From sequence record PZ445435.1: a DNA stretch of 64,000 nucleotides. One strand, written 5' to 3'. Shown here in pieces: positions 19,198 to 28,006 of the stretch. The DNA is from a phage. Made by a program: the position numbers and the translations under genes. The number at the start of each line of letters is the position of its first letter. The first letter of the stretch is position 1. Under the pieces are notes generated by a model, which was not told the origin of the DNA, searched no databases, and saw only the letters and a program-made list of their open reading frames with translations.

Positions 19198-19944
19198 TTA
19201 TCCTCGGATAAGTTTAAAAATTGAACAATTTAGCGGGTATCCTCTTTTCAGTTTAAGTTTATCAATAAAAGACAAATTTTGATACCGCTCTACACCTTGA
19301 ATAATTTTATCACACATATCATATTGCATTTCTGCTTCTGACAGCTTTTTCACAATTTTCCAATCCGAGCCTTTAAGAAGAACGTTCAGTTTAACAACTT
19401 CAGCGCCTTCTGCTATGCGAGAACCATCAATACGAGCTTTAAGTGCTATAATCCTTAGCTTAATGTCAGAGGTCTGTTTTGATTTAGAAAGCTGAGAAAT
19501 GTGTTCAATTCGATTTTCACGTTTTTTCTGTATAGCTTTAATTTGATTATAAGTCTTTTTGATTTTAGCCCATTTCTTTTCATCTAAATTTAGTTTATGA
19601 ACTTTTTTCGCAGATGAACGACCAATTCGCAAAGCAAATAAATCCCGTTTTTCAATCAACTCTTCTAAAGTATAATCAGAACGAAATGTATTATACTTTT
19701 TCTTTACTGCAATAACATTCCCTTTAATATATCCAATGTTATTATCAAAACGTTCTAATGATAATTTCTCTCCTTCAATACGATTATCAAAAGGTTCTCC
19801 CGAGTAAGCACAAACTTTTTGATCTAAAATGTTCTTAATGTAATTGAAGTCTAAGTTAAAATCTTTAGAACGTCTTTTAGCAGATGCCTGAGTGTGCTCT
19901 AAACGACGTTTAATTTTACGAATTTGATTATTAGACAGTTTCAT
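19198..19944 (-). CDS. srd: Srd-like basic protein (assigned by size and synteny)
   Basis: 248 aa, Lys/Arg-rich; located between dda and modA as in T4. Confidence 0.55.
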   Translation of the reverse strand: MKLSNNQIRKIKRRLEHTQASAKRRSKDFNLDFNYIKNILDQKVCAYSGEPFDNRIEGEKLSLERFDNNIGYIKGNVIAVKKKYNTFRSDYTLEELIEKRDLFALRIGRSSAKKVHKLNLDEKKWAKIKKTYNQIKAIQKKRENRIEHISQLSKSKQTSDIKLRIIALKARIDGSRIAEGAEVVKLNVLLKGSDWKIVKKLSEAEMQYDMCDKIIQGVERYQNLSFIDKLKLKRGYPLNCSIFKLIRG

Positions 19945-19979
19945 ATTTTTCTCACATCTTACGGACGATTGACTACTAT

Positions 19980-20009
19980 ACTATAACATTTTTACTTCAG
20001 ATTGTAAAC
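19980..20009 (-). promoter_or_regulatory. early promoter for srd
   Basis: Minus strand GTTTACA-17-TATAGT. Confidence 0.5.
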
Positions 20010-20024
20010 AACTTTATGCAAAAA

Positions 20025-20049
20025 TGCTTTAAAACTTTCGTGGTATAAT
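20025..20049 (+). promoter_or_regulatory. plus-strand MotA-box / -10 module facing antisense into modA
   Basis: Plus strand AAATGCTTTA-12nt-TATAAT (GTGGTATAAT); no plus-strand ORF downstream. Confidence 0.3.
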
Positions 20050-20066
20050 GAATCTAAGTCCTTCCA

Positions 20067-20669
20067 TTATAGATTAAATCCTTCAAAATCAAGAGTATAG
20101 ATAGTATATGTTGAATACTTTTTATACTCATATCTATCTGCAATTCTAAATACACTTCCAGCTGGTATCATTACTTCTTGTTCATCTGAAACTAATTCCA
20201 TATTACGATAACGATGGCTATCCGGAAACTTAAAGTTTGGATTGTATTCTTTACAGCGTAGAGCTTTTATGGCATACTCCTGGAAATTGAATACCATAGG
20301 AGCTTTGAATTCAAAAATAACCTGTGTGTTATACTCTAAACCGGAAGCAAAATGTAGAGCTATATTTTTATCATATGAAGCTGATACGACTTTATCAAAT
20401 GTAATAATATCAATTCCTTGATTTAACACCTGCTTAGTCTCAGCTGGAACACCTCTCCAAAGAGGTTTATCGTTTGGAACCAAACGAGATTTGATTATTT
20501 CATTTAACCAAGTATGGTCATCTGGTTTGTTGGTAATACAATGAATTAAAAGTTCAATTTCAGATAAATTAAACCCTTCAGAAAGTAATTCTTCACGAAT
20601 AGAAGCACGCACCGATGCATCCATTGATTTTATTTTAAAATCTTTTAGTTGCATTACTGAGTATTTCAT
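20067..20669 (-). CDS. modA: ADP-ribosyltransferase ModA-like
   Basis: 200 aa; size and position match T4 modA. Confidence 0.7.
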   Translation of the reverse strand: MKYSVMQLKDFKIKSMDASVRASIREELLSEGFNLSEIELLIHCITNKPDDHTWLNEIIKSRLVPNDKPLWRGVPAETKQVLNQGIDIITFDKVVSASYDKNIALHFASGLEYNTQVIFEFKAPMVFNFQEYAIKALRCKEYNPNFKFPDSHRYRNMELVSDEQEVMIPAGSVFRIADRYEYKKYSTYTIYTLDFEGFNL

Positions 20670-21289
20670 TCAACTACCTCAATATCATAAACTTTAAATG
20701 TTCCAAATGAATCGTGTAATTTTTCTTTTGAAATAGAAGTTATTCTATACTTTCCAATTGGAATCATCCATTCCTGTTCACGCACAATCATCATTAAGTT
20801 ATCAGTACGCTCTGAATCTAGCCCATCAGTATCTTCATACGTATACTTAAACTCAGTATTAGGAGAAGAAAGTATAATATCGCTGATATGGTCAGAATAA
20901 TTAAAAGCTTTATCAGTTTTTAAGCGAAGTATTATTTTAGTAAAATATTCAGCATAAGAAAAAGAACATGCTGTGAGCAAACTAGTAGTAAATGAATCTA
21001 CTCTATTCGTTGAAAACACTTCTCCAACTTGTAAATCTTTAATAAGTTCTTCTGTTGATTTTGATATACCACGATATAACTGATAAGGCGATTTAGTTAA
21101 ATGCTTTTTAACGATTTTATTCAACTGCTGATGAAGAGCTTCATTCTTTTTAGCTTCCATACATTGCCAAAGAATTGACTGCTCAAAGTCAGTAAATTTT
21201 TCACAGACTTTTTTATACATATCATATTGAAAATCAACGCTTTCAGCTTTTATAGATAACTGTTCAACATCTGCAAGATTAATAATCAT
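20666..21289 (-). CDS. modB: ADP-ribosyltransferase ModB-like
   Basis: 207 aa, 4-nt overlap with modA; size and position match. Confidence 0.7.
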   Translation of the reverse strand: MIINLADVEQLSIKAESVDFQYDMYKKVCEKFTDFEQSILWQCMEAKKNEALHQQLNKIVKKHLTKSPYQLYRGISKSTEELIKDLQVGEVFSTNRVDSFTTSLLTACSFSYAEYFTKIILRLKTDKAFNYSDHISDIILSSPNTEFKYTYEDTDGLDSERTDNLMMIVREQEWMIPIGKYRITSISKEKLHDSFGTFKVYDIEVVE

Positions 21290-21314
21290 GATAGCCTCCG
21301 TATACTTCAGAAGC

Positions 21315-21345
21315 TATCATATCATTGTTAGGAAGGAAAGTAAAC
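21315..21345 (-). promoter_or_regulatory. early-promoter-like element
   Basis: Minus strand GTTTAC-18-TATGAT. Confidence 0.4.
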
Positions 21346-21356
21346 AACTTTTTGAA

Positions 21357-21539
21357 TTATTTTGCCCAGGGAGCCCAGGGCGGAGGGTCAAGATGGTATG
21401 AAGCTAGTTCTTCTAGAAGAGCATCTGGGGCTTCAATTCCATAATTCTGTAATACTATACGGTACTCTTTCTTATAATCACTAGAATCATTCTGGATATT
21501 CGTAGAATGATTATCTTCTAACATCTCAAATAAATCCAT
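21357..21539 (-). CDS. hypothetical protein
   Basis: 60-aa ORF. Confidence 0.45.
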   Translation of the reverse strand: MDLFEMLEDNHSTNIQNDSSDYKKEYRIVLQNYGIEAPDALLEELASYHLDPPPWAPWAK

Positions 21540-21547
21540 ATTAATTC

Positions 21548-22018
21548 CTAGCGATAAAAACCAAAATGACGATTAGCTTCAGCAATCTTTCTTTCTTCTT
21601 CGGACATTCTCCATCGTAGTCCAACATCAAAATGAGCCCAGACCATCCTAACAAATGCATTTATATCTTTAATATCTTCAATAATGAATGTTTTACTTTT
21701 AGAAGGTTGACTCGCTAATTTAACTTTATCGTCTTCAAACATGTCAAAAAGACCATATTCATGAGCTCTTTTATAGCCTTTAATAGTTAAAGCTTCAGAA
21801 GAAGAAAATGGTGAATCTGTATTCTGCAAAATATCTTCAGTATGCTTTATAATTAGAATAATATTTTCTGGATATTTTCTTTCTTTTATATCTTTAATTA
21901 AAATATCCGGATTTTCTGCTAAAGGAATAATTAATGAGCATTTTTTATCAAGTGTATTTACTGATTTACCTTCTTTAGACATAAATTCTATTGAATAATG
22001 TTTTGCTACTTCAATCAT
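21548..22018 (-). CDS. hypothetical protein
   Basis: 156-aa ORF. Confidence 0.55.
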   Translation of the reverse strand: MIEVAKHYSIEFMSKEGKSVNTLDKKCSLIIPLAENPDILIKDIKERKYPENIILIIKHTEDILQNTDSPFSSSEALTIKGYKRAHEYGLFDMFEDDKVKLASQPSKSKTFIIEDIKDINAFVRMVWAHFDVGLRWRMSEEERKIAEANRHFGFYR

Positions 22019-22171
22019 GGGATTTCCTTTTGCCTACTAATGGACCATCGGGAATTTTGTTTTCCTGGATATATTTCTCATTTTCTTCCATCATTTTACT
22101 GCCAATTTTAAGAAGCAAATCTAAGGCTTCATTTGCTTTAGCTTTAGCCTCTTCTAACGTCATGTTCTTGT

Positions 22172-22375
22172 TCATGATTTATCCCCATAGATGTCTCTCA
22201 TCAATTTAAGTGCTGAGCGTTCTAATTTCTTTTCTTTCTCAGCACTAATCATTGATTTCATCCATTCTTCCGATTCGTTCTGCATTTCTTTATTTGCCTG
22301 TTCAACCCAACCATCGTCAATATACATTGAGTTTGGTCTATTGAACCATTCAAGCATTTTCTTCAGAACTTTCAT
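22172..22375 (-). CDS. hypothetical protein
   Basis: 67-aa ORF. Confidence 0.45.
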   Translation of the reverse strand: MKVLKKMLEWFNRPNSMYIDDGWVEQANKEMQNESEEWMKSMISAEKEKKLERSALKLMRDIYGDKS

Positions 22376-22847
22376 TTGTTTTACCTAAAACAATAGTAGG
22401 AGCATCGTCAAATTCATGAATTTTTAGCAATTTTGGATTTAAATTATTCCATACATAATAAATAAAGTATGATAAAGCATCTTCACTCGCAATTATAAAT
22501 TTATTTCCTTCATTTATTTTCCAGTCATATACTGAATCGTACGAATAAAAAGATAAAGGATTACCATTATATTGTTCTGCGCTAACATTAATGTATTCGG
22601 ATTTAGTAAATGCTTCAATTGCTCTAAACGGACTATTTGGCACAGTTTCAATAATTCCGATCTTTTTAAGTTTTATTTCAACATCTTCTGGAACTGGCAT
22701 TGAAACGAAATTTTCTACGAGATACATAGGGTTACAATAACCCTTATCAATCACTACGGCTACAGTAATTGGAACATCTTTAGCAAACGACATGCTATTA
22801 CTGCTAATATACATTTCAAACAAAATTGCTTCCATAATTTTCCTCAA
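22350..22847 (-). CDS. hypothetical protein
   Basis: 165-aa ORF. Confidence 0.55.
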   Translation of the reverse strand: MRKIMEAILFEMYISSNSMSFAKDVPITVAVVIDKGYCNPMYLVENFVSMPVPEDVEIKLKKIGIIETVPNSPFRAIEAFTKSEYINVSAEQYNGNPLSFYSYDSVYDWKINEGNKFIIASEDALSYFIYYVWNNLNPKLLKIHEFDDAPTIVLGKTNESSEENA

Positions 22848-23185
22848 TCACAAGATGTAGATGAACAGCTAGAATCACAAGAACTTCCGCATGAATCACC
22901 TGCCCATACATGAACAGGGACATTTGTATCATATGAATCAGAACTAGACTGTGTATTCTGTGCATTAGATGATGTAGTAGGTACTGACCAGCGCCAAGGA
23001 TTTTTATAATATTCTTGGGCTTCTTCATAAGTCATAGTAACTGCTTCTACTGTTCCATCTCCCATATAAACATACTCAACTACAGTTAAAGGAAGGTAGT
23101 CATTTGAAATAGGAACTACACCTTCTCCCGGAGTTGTAGAGAAAAAATCTGTAAAGAAATTTTTAAACCAATTAAAGATAAACAT
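22844..23185 (-). CDS. hypothetical protein with Cys/Ser-rich C-terminal tail
   Basis: 113 aa ending [19 protein letters not shown]. Confidence 0.55.
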   Translation of the reverse strand: MFIFNWFKNFFTDFFSTTPGEGVVPISNDYLPLTVVEYVYMGDGTVEAVTMTYEEAQEYYKNPWRWSVPTTSSNAQNTQSSSDSYDTNVPVHVWAGDSCGSSCDSSCSSTSCD

Positions 23186-23397
23186 TACAAAAAGCCTCTT
23201 TGAAATTCGACTCTTTGAAATCCACCCCAGTCAGTATATCGCATTTCAGCATTGAACTCGACTGAACCATCTGCATGCATCATGAATGAATGCGTGACGA
23301 CATCACAATCCCAGCTTTTCATACCCCATTTATCAGAGATAGCTTTATCAAGAACCTTCTGAAGGTCTTCATTTGGTTTAATCCAACGATTTAACAT
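23185..23397 (-). CDS. hypothetical protein
   Basis: 70-aa ORF downstream of early promoter. Confidence 0.5.
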   Translation of the reverse strand: MLNRWIKPNEDLQKVLDKAISDKWGMKSWDCDVVTHSFMMHADGSVEFNAEMRYTDWGGFQRVEFQRGFL

Positions 23398-23423
23398 AGT
23401 GTTCTCCTCTATAAGATATTTTT

Positions 23424-23453
23424 ATTATACCACACTCATTTTGACATGTAAAC
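23424..23453 (-). promoter_or_regulatory. early promoter
   Basis: Minus strand GTTTACA...GTATAATA. Confidence 0.5.
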
Positions 23454-23468
23454 CATAAAATGAAAAAA

Positions 23469-23486
23469 GGAATCCCGAAGGATTCC
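23469..23486 (-). terminator. UUCG-loop hairpin downstream of soc
   Basis: ggaatcc-cgaa-ggattcc. Confidence 0.5.
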
Positions 23487-23495
23487 TTAAATTAT

Positions 23496-23753
23496 TTAAC
23501 CACCTACACCTGGTGTAGGTGTAACAGTCCAAAGACCTTCATTAGCAGTGATCCATTCAGTACGTTGATTTTCTTCATATACTGTAGAATATGCTGCTTT
23601 TTCAGAAGGGAATGTCTGATAATGAGCACCAGAAATTTTGTGAACATCAGAATAAAGAGGGAAAGCTACAGAAATTTCTTTACCCTGAATTGTACCACCA
23701 TCAACTGCTTGGTCAAATGTTTTAATATTAACATAACCGCGAGTACTAGCCAT
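23496..23753 (-). CDS. soc: small outer capsid protein Soc
   Basis: 85 aa, MASTRGYVNIKTF...ISVAFPLYSDVHKISGAHYQTFPSEKAAYSTVYEENQRTEW; matches Soc from memory. Confidence 0.85.
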   Translation of the reverse strand: MASTRGYVNIKTFDQAVDGGTIQGKEISVAFPLYSDVHKISGAHYQTFPSEKAAYSTVYEENQRTEWITANEGLWTVTPTPGVGG

Positions 23754-23769
23754 GTAATTCTCCTTTTAT

Positions 23770-23979
23770 TTAAATTACATGATTATTTATAATAAATTCT
23801 CGCGGAACGTTAAAATACCCGATTTTAGTTAATATAACAACATCGCCGTTAATAATTACCGGAGAATAATCTTCTGGAGCATTAAATTTCCAATGGGCTC
23901 TAATATTATATCCATCAGAACCAAATGCTCGAGTAGCCGGTCTCCCGGCTTTTTGCCACGCGTAGAAATCAAATTTCAT
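23770..23979 (-). CDS. hypothetical protein
   Basis: 69-aa ORF; its 3' end overlaps the soc late promoter. Confidence 0.45.
   Translation of the reverse strand: MKFDFYAWQKAGRPATRAFGSDGYNIRAHWKFNAPEDYSPVIINGDVVILTKIGYFNVPREFIINNHVI
23785..23792 (-). promoter_or_regulatory. late promoter (TATAAATA) for soc
   Basis: Minus strand TATAAATA about 30 nt upstream of soc RBS AAGGAG. Confidence 0.6.
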
Positions 23980-24170
23980 TTTGAATGCTCTATAATTAAT
24001 TTTAAAGCTTCTTCACTGACAAAAATTTCGTCAGGACCTTCTATAACTTCAACCATACGAAGTTGATTAGTTAAGAGCTCACATACGAGCTCCTTGTTAT
24101 AATCTTTAAATAGCTGGTCAATACGTTTCTTATGGGCTTTCTTAAGCTGACGCTTATTTAAACGAGCCAT
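23976..24170 (-). CDS. hypothetical protein
   Basis: 64-aa ORF coupled to gene 56 stop. Confidence 0.45.
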   Translation of the reverse strand: MARLNKRQLKKAHKKRIDQLFKDYNKELVCELLTNQLRMVEVIEGPDEIFVSEEALKLIIEHSK

Positions 24171-24688
24171 TAATAACCTCGGTCTTGACGAGCGAAGTTT
24201 TCAGCATTTTTCAGATAATAAAGTTTAAATATTTCTTCAGCTGACATTCCAAGAGCAATGAATTTATTCATGAAAAAGTGAAATTGATCAATCAGTTCAA
24301 ATTTAATTTCAAGTTGATCTTCAGGAGATAAGTCTTGAATTTTCTTGGATTGCATTTCAGAATAACGTTTCTTCCAAGGTTTCCATACGGCAGAAGCTTC
24401 TTTTTCACCATTACTCATACCACCAAGAGAAGTATATAGCTCGCGAGTTTCATCTGCGATATAATCGTCTTGGTTTCGCAACCAAGCAAGAACTTCTCCT
24501 GCAGTTTCAAGTGAATCGGGATGACGATTTGTTTCTGGTTTATCATTAGCCAAACGAATCTGTAAATGCCGCTGCATATCAAGCATAACCTGCAATGGGT
24601 CAATACTGTGCATAATATACTCAGCATATGCACGATTTGCTTTATCAACACCTTCGATCAAATGAGCACATTCATTAAAGTGAGCCAT
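24170..24688 (-). CDS. 56: dCTP pyrophosphatase gp56
   Basis: Start refined to MAHFNECAHLIEGVDKA (172 aa); MazG-like; track ORF has a 31-codon extension. Confidence 0.8.
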   Translation of the reverse strand: MAHFNECAHLIEGVDKANRAYAEYIMHSIDPLQVMLDMQRHLQIRLANDKPETNRHPDSLETAGEVLAWLRNQDDYIADETRELYTSLGGMSNGEKEASAVWKPWKKRYSEMQSKKIQDLSPEDQLEIKFELIDQFHFFMNKFIALGMSAEEIFKLYYLKNAENFARQDRGY

Positions 24689-24722
24689 TATTTTTCCTTT
24701 CAATTCATGGGTTAGTAGATTA

Positions 24723-24747
24723 ATTATACAATAAATATATAAAGCAA
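24723..24747 (-). promoter_or_regulatory. MotA-dependent middle promoter for gene 56
   Basis: Minus strand TTGCTTTA-13nt-TATAAT. Confidence 0.5.
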
Positions 24748-24759
24748 TAAGGAGGACAT

Positions 24760-24960
24760 ATGGTACAAAAATTAATGGCACTTGTTAATGCCATAAAAGG
24801 TAATAAGAAACGTATAGCTTTTACTATTTCTGCTATGGTAGGAATTTTACTCTGGAACTTTATTTTATCACCTGTTGCAATTGCACATGGTATTAATATT
24901 CCAGTAGTTACTCTTGATACATTCGTAGATTTAGCATTTGCTTTAGTTGGGTTAATTTAA
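24760..24960 (+). CDS. small membrane protein on the plus strand (66 aa), at the T4 dam position
   Basis: Strong RBS AAGGAGG 5 nt before ATG; hydrophobic segments AFTISAMVGILLWNFILSPVAIA and VDLAFALVGLI; convergent with gene 61. Confidence 0.5.
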   Translation: MVQKLMALVNAIKGNKKRIAFTISAMVGILLWNFILSPVAIAHGINIPVVTLDTFVDLAFALVGLI

Positions 24961-25985
24961 ATCTTAGCATATTTAGATAGCCGCATTTTAGCCATCAACC
25001 CCTGGGCAATATTATTTTTCATATATTCCATAATTTGTTCAGGGGTTGCACCTTCCTTTCTAATCATATCATTAACATCTTTTGATTTCCAGGGAGATTT
25101 ATCCCAAAACATAACCCTTTCTCCTGCATCAACTAATTTAGTCATTCGTTTGATAGTGTCAGGGTGACGAGGTTCATTATCTAAAACCCACACTCGTCTA
25201 TCTTTAAATGGAACAACTTCTAGGTCTAATTGACCACCCGTAATAGCTATACCATTTTCAATAAAAAGTGAATCTATAGGTCCTTCTAGAACATATACAT
25301 CACCATCTTTAACTCGTTCGACTCCATATATTTTTGTTGCCTCAGGATAAGCTTTGATGGTGATATATTTTTGAGGAGCATCTTTCTTTAATGCACGTCC
25401 TTGAAAAGACTCAGCTTTTCCATTAGCATTATAAATTGGAATAACAAGACGAGGCTCAGAAATTTCCTTTTTGTATGTTCCCGGTGCTATGCTATTAACT
25501 AATTTAGGCCATTCGGTTGTAAACCAAAGATATTTCCATTTATCCTTTGGAATACAACGAGCTTTTACATATTTTATAATTGGATGGTCTTCCGCCAGTT
25601 TATCTAATCTAACGCATGACGGAAGAGATTTAATTATTTTCTTCTCAGGTTGTTTAGGAAGTTCTTTAGGTTTTTCTACTGGACGACTTTTACCTTTTTC
25701 TTTTCTTATTTCAAAGATATACTCACGATATAAATCAGGTTCAAACTCCTTTAAATATATTCCGATTGGTGCATGATAGTTACAGTTATAACAATGAATA
25801 TTTCCTTCATTATTATCACCATAATACCATCCACGAGCTTTATTCTGGTCGGTTTTTGAATCTCCACAAACAGGGCATCTAAACCGTAATTTAAAAGTTG
25901 AACTATTATTTACTTGTGTGAATTTAGGTAAATGAGCTAATGCACGGTATGCAAACTCATTATCAATCCAAGGTATTGATGACAT
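24957..25985 (-). CDS. 61: DNA primase gp61
   Basis: 342 aa, zinc ribbon CPVCGDS...CYNC; size matches T4 gp61. Confidence 0.9.
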   Translation of the reverse strand: MSSIPWIDNEFAYRALAHLPKFTQVNNSSTFKLRFRCPVCGDSKTDQNKARGWYYGDNNEGNIHCYNCNYHAPIGIYLKEFEPDLYREYIFEIRKEKGKSRPVEKPKELPKQPEKKIIKSLPSCVRLDKLAEDHPIIKYVKARCIPKDKWKYLWFTTEWPKLVNSIAPGTYKKEISEPRLVIPIYNANGKAESFQGRALKKDAPQKYITIKAYPEATKIYGVERVKDGDVYVLEGPIDSLFIENGIAITGGQLDLEVVPFKDRRVWVLDNEPRHPDTIKRMTKLVDAGERVMFWDKSPWKSKDVNDMIRKEGATPEQIMEYMKNNIAQGLMAKMRLSKYAKI

Positions 25986-25987
25986 TT

Positions 25988-26152
25988 TTACTCTTCTTTT
26001 TCTTTAGATTCCTCTTTTTTCTTTTTAGGAATCTGTTCAGGACCTTTATTTACTACAGCGCCTGACGTTGTTCCAGTAGAGATATTTTCAGGATTACCAC
26101 CTGAATCTCCAGCGACCATATCTTCTTTGATAAATTCTTTATATGTTTTCAT
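25988..26152 (-). CDS. small hydrophilic protein (54 aa)
   Basis: Hand-translated MKTYKEFIKEDMVAGDSGGNPEN...; coupled to upstream ORF. Confidence 0.35.
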   Translation of the reverse strand: MKTYKEFIKEDMVAGDSGGNPENISTGTTSGAVVNKGPEQIPKKKKEESKEKEE

Positions 26153-26153
26153 A

Positions 26154-26510
26154 TTAACCTCTATTCATAAAAGCATTAAAAATTTGGTCATCAATAGATG
26201 GTGCAGTAATATTTTCTGCATCATTTAGCAAATCATTAATTTCATCAGATAGCATAACACATGTACCTTTATTTCCTGTAATTGTTACTGCACAATTACG
26301 AACGTTTTCTTTATCAAATTTTAGGTTAATATTTTCGTAGTGAAAATCCTTTAATGCCGAATATATCTTTAAAATAAAATTGTCTTTTACTACAATAAAC
26401 CCAACCTCACTATTAAAACGTGGTTCATGGAAACTGTAATAAACCTTTTCATCTATAAAATCGTATGAAATTTTTTCCATTTTTAAATATGAAAATTCAG
26501 AACTATACAT
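26154..26510 (-). CDS. hypothetical protein, short paralog of next ORF
   Basis: 118 aa; C-terminus SIDDQIFNAFMNRG near-identical to end of 26512-27159 product. Confidence 0.55.
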   Translation of the reverse strand: MYSSEFSYLKMEKISYDFIDEKVYYSFHEPRFNSEVGFIVVKDNFILKIYSALKDFHYENINLKFDKENVRNCAVTITGNKGTCVMLSDEINDLLNDAENITAPSIDDQIFNAFMNRG

Positions 26511-26511
26511 A

Positions 26512-27159
26512 TTAACCTTTATTCATAAAAGCATTAAAAATTTGATCGTCAATAGAAACTTTTACTTTAGGCTGTTCTTCAAACGGTAATTCATATCCAC
26601 ATATTACAATTTTGTGATCGATACCAAAATACACAGAAGCAATATGATTAATATTATTTTCAGTGAAATCTAAATCAACATCAATATCTTTTTGACTAAC
26701 GCTCAAAGGATAATTAATACGAATAATTCGATTATCTTTAACAAAGATTCCACCGACATACTCTGTGTTGCGTTTAAAGTTTACACGTTTCCTAAATGAA
26801 AAATATTCAGGTTCTTTATGAGCCCGACTCATAGGACACAATGAGTAGCTAGAATAAGAGATGTCAAATCCTACACCTTCAATATGAATATGAGCCAACG
26901 TGTCATGATTAAACCAATTATAATCATATGCCAAATCCATTATATTGTAATATGTGAAAGGCACCGGATTAACATCATATGTTGTACCTTTAAAATCTGC
27001 CCAGGCAACGATTTCGTTATCTTTAACAATTACAAAAATTGTGCCAATAAGATATCCACGGTTATTTTCATCAGGTGTTATATTATAACATTGTGCATCA
27101 GGAAATTTACCGTATTTAAACGGTGGATTTTTGTGCATATAATAAATCATATTATTCAC
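26512..27159 (-). CDS. hypothetical protein (61.2 position)
   Basis: 215 aa; C-terminus SIDDQIFNAFMNKG. Confidence 0.55.
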   Translation of the reverse strand: MNNMIYYMHKNPPFKYGKFPDAQCYNITPDENNRGYLIGTIFVIVKDNEIVAWADFKGTTYDVNPVPFTYYNIMDLAYDYNWFNHDTLAHIHIEGVGFDISYSSYSLCPMSRAHKEPEYFSFRKRVNFKRNTEYVGGIFVKDNRIIRINYPLSVSQKDIDVDLDFTENNINHIASVYFGIDHKIVICGYELPFEEQPKVKVSIDDQIFNAFMNKG

Positions 27160-27445
27160 CTGTGATTTCGGTTACGATATTTTTGTTATTAAAGTTTTTA
27201 TCGCAATACAGAACATAATTATACTGCATTACACCACCAGACTTAAGTTGTTTTTGCACTTCAGCTTTCATTTCAGGACGATCGCGCTCAACGATATTCA
27301 TAATATCTGCTTCAATTTGGGTTTCAACTTCAGTCTGATCCGCAGTCATAGACCATTCGCACAAATCTTTATCATAGCCTGCCATAGCAGGCTGAGCAGC
27401 ACAAGAAGCCAAAGTAAAAATTGTAGCAAAAATAAATTTTTTCAT
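27152..27445 (-). CDS. sp: periplasmic protein Spackle-like
   Basis: 97 aa with signal peptide MKKFIFATIFTLASCAAQPAMA; size and position match T4 sp. Confidence 0.7.
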   Translation of the reverse strand: MKKFIFATIFTLASCAAQPAMAGYDKDLCEWSMTADQTEVETQIEADIMNIVERDRPEMKAEVQKQLKSGGVMQYNYVLYCDKNFNNKNIVTEITGE

Positions 27446-27505
27446 GATAATCTCCTCAGTAGTTTATGTTTATATAGTATCTCAATTTCCAACAAAAGTA
27501 AACAG

Positions 27506-27805
27506 CTATTTTAAAACTTCTGCATAATCACATGTTACAAACTGTTTCTCTAGCTTGACGATTTTACGAAAGTATCTTTTGCATTGGCGAATCTGTCGCT
27601 TCGTGGGGCGAACAGCAAACTTAATAAATTCCACTCGACCAAATGGAGGACTTTCTTCTGCTGGAATATCTAACACCAATTCCCACGTATCTGCAATAAG
27701 TGCTTTGAATTGAGTATTTTTCCTGACGTTATACGGAGTAGGTTTAAATAAAACAATATGCATATTATCCTCGGCAATCCACTTCGCACACTTTCTTGTC
27801 ATCAA
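27506..27805 (-). CDS. hypothetical protein (61.4 position)
   Basis: 99-aa ORF between sp and dmd. Confidence 0.5.
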   Translation of the reverse strand: MMTRKCAKWIAEDNMHIVLFKPTPYNVRKNTQFKALIADTWELVLDIPAEESPPFGRVEFIKFAVRPTKRQIRQCKRYFRKIVKLEKQFVTCDYAEVLK

Positions 27806-27947
27806 TGAAAGCTTTAACTAATGCTTTATTAACTTCAGCATATTGAGTAGTAGCCCATTGAACGTCATCTTTCATCATTGTGATTTCTTTAGTAAACATG
27901 CTTTCATTCTTAAACCACCCCATAAAAACTACCTTTACCAATTCCAT
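27765..27947 (-). CDS. dmd: Dmd (antitoxin against RnlA/LsoA)
   Basis: 60 aa, MELVKVVFMGWFKNESMFTKEIT...; immediately downstream of gene 41. Confidence 0.75.
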   Translation of the reverse strand: MELVKVVFMGWFKNESMFTKEITMMKDDVQWATTQYAEVNKALVKAFIDDKKVCEVDCRG

Positions 27948-27975
27948 AACAATCTCCTCATTTAACCAACAAGAC

Positions 27976-28006
27976 TACTATACCATAGTCTTGTCAGCTT
28001 GTAAAC
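27976..28006 (-). promoter_or_regulatory. early promoter for dmd
   Basis: Minus strand GTTTACA...TATAGT; -35 overlaps gene 41 stop. Confidence 0.5.
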
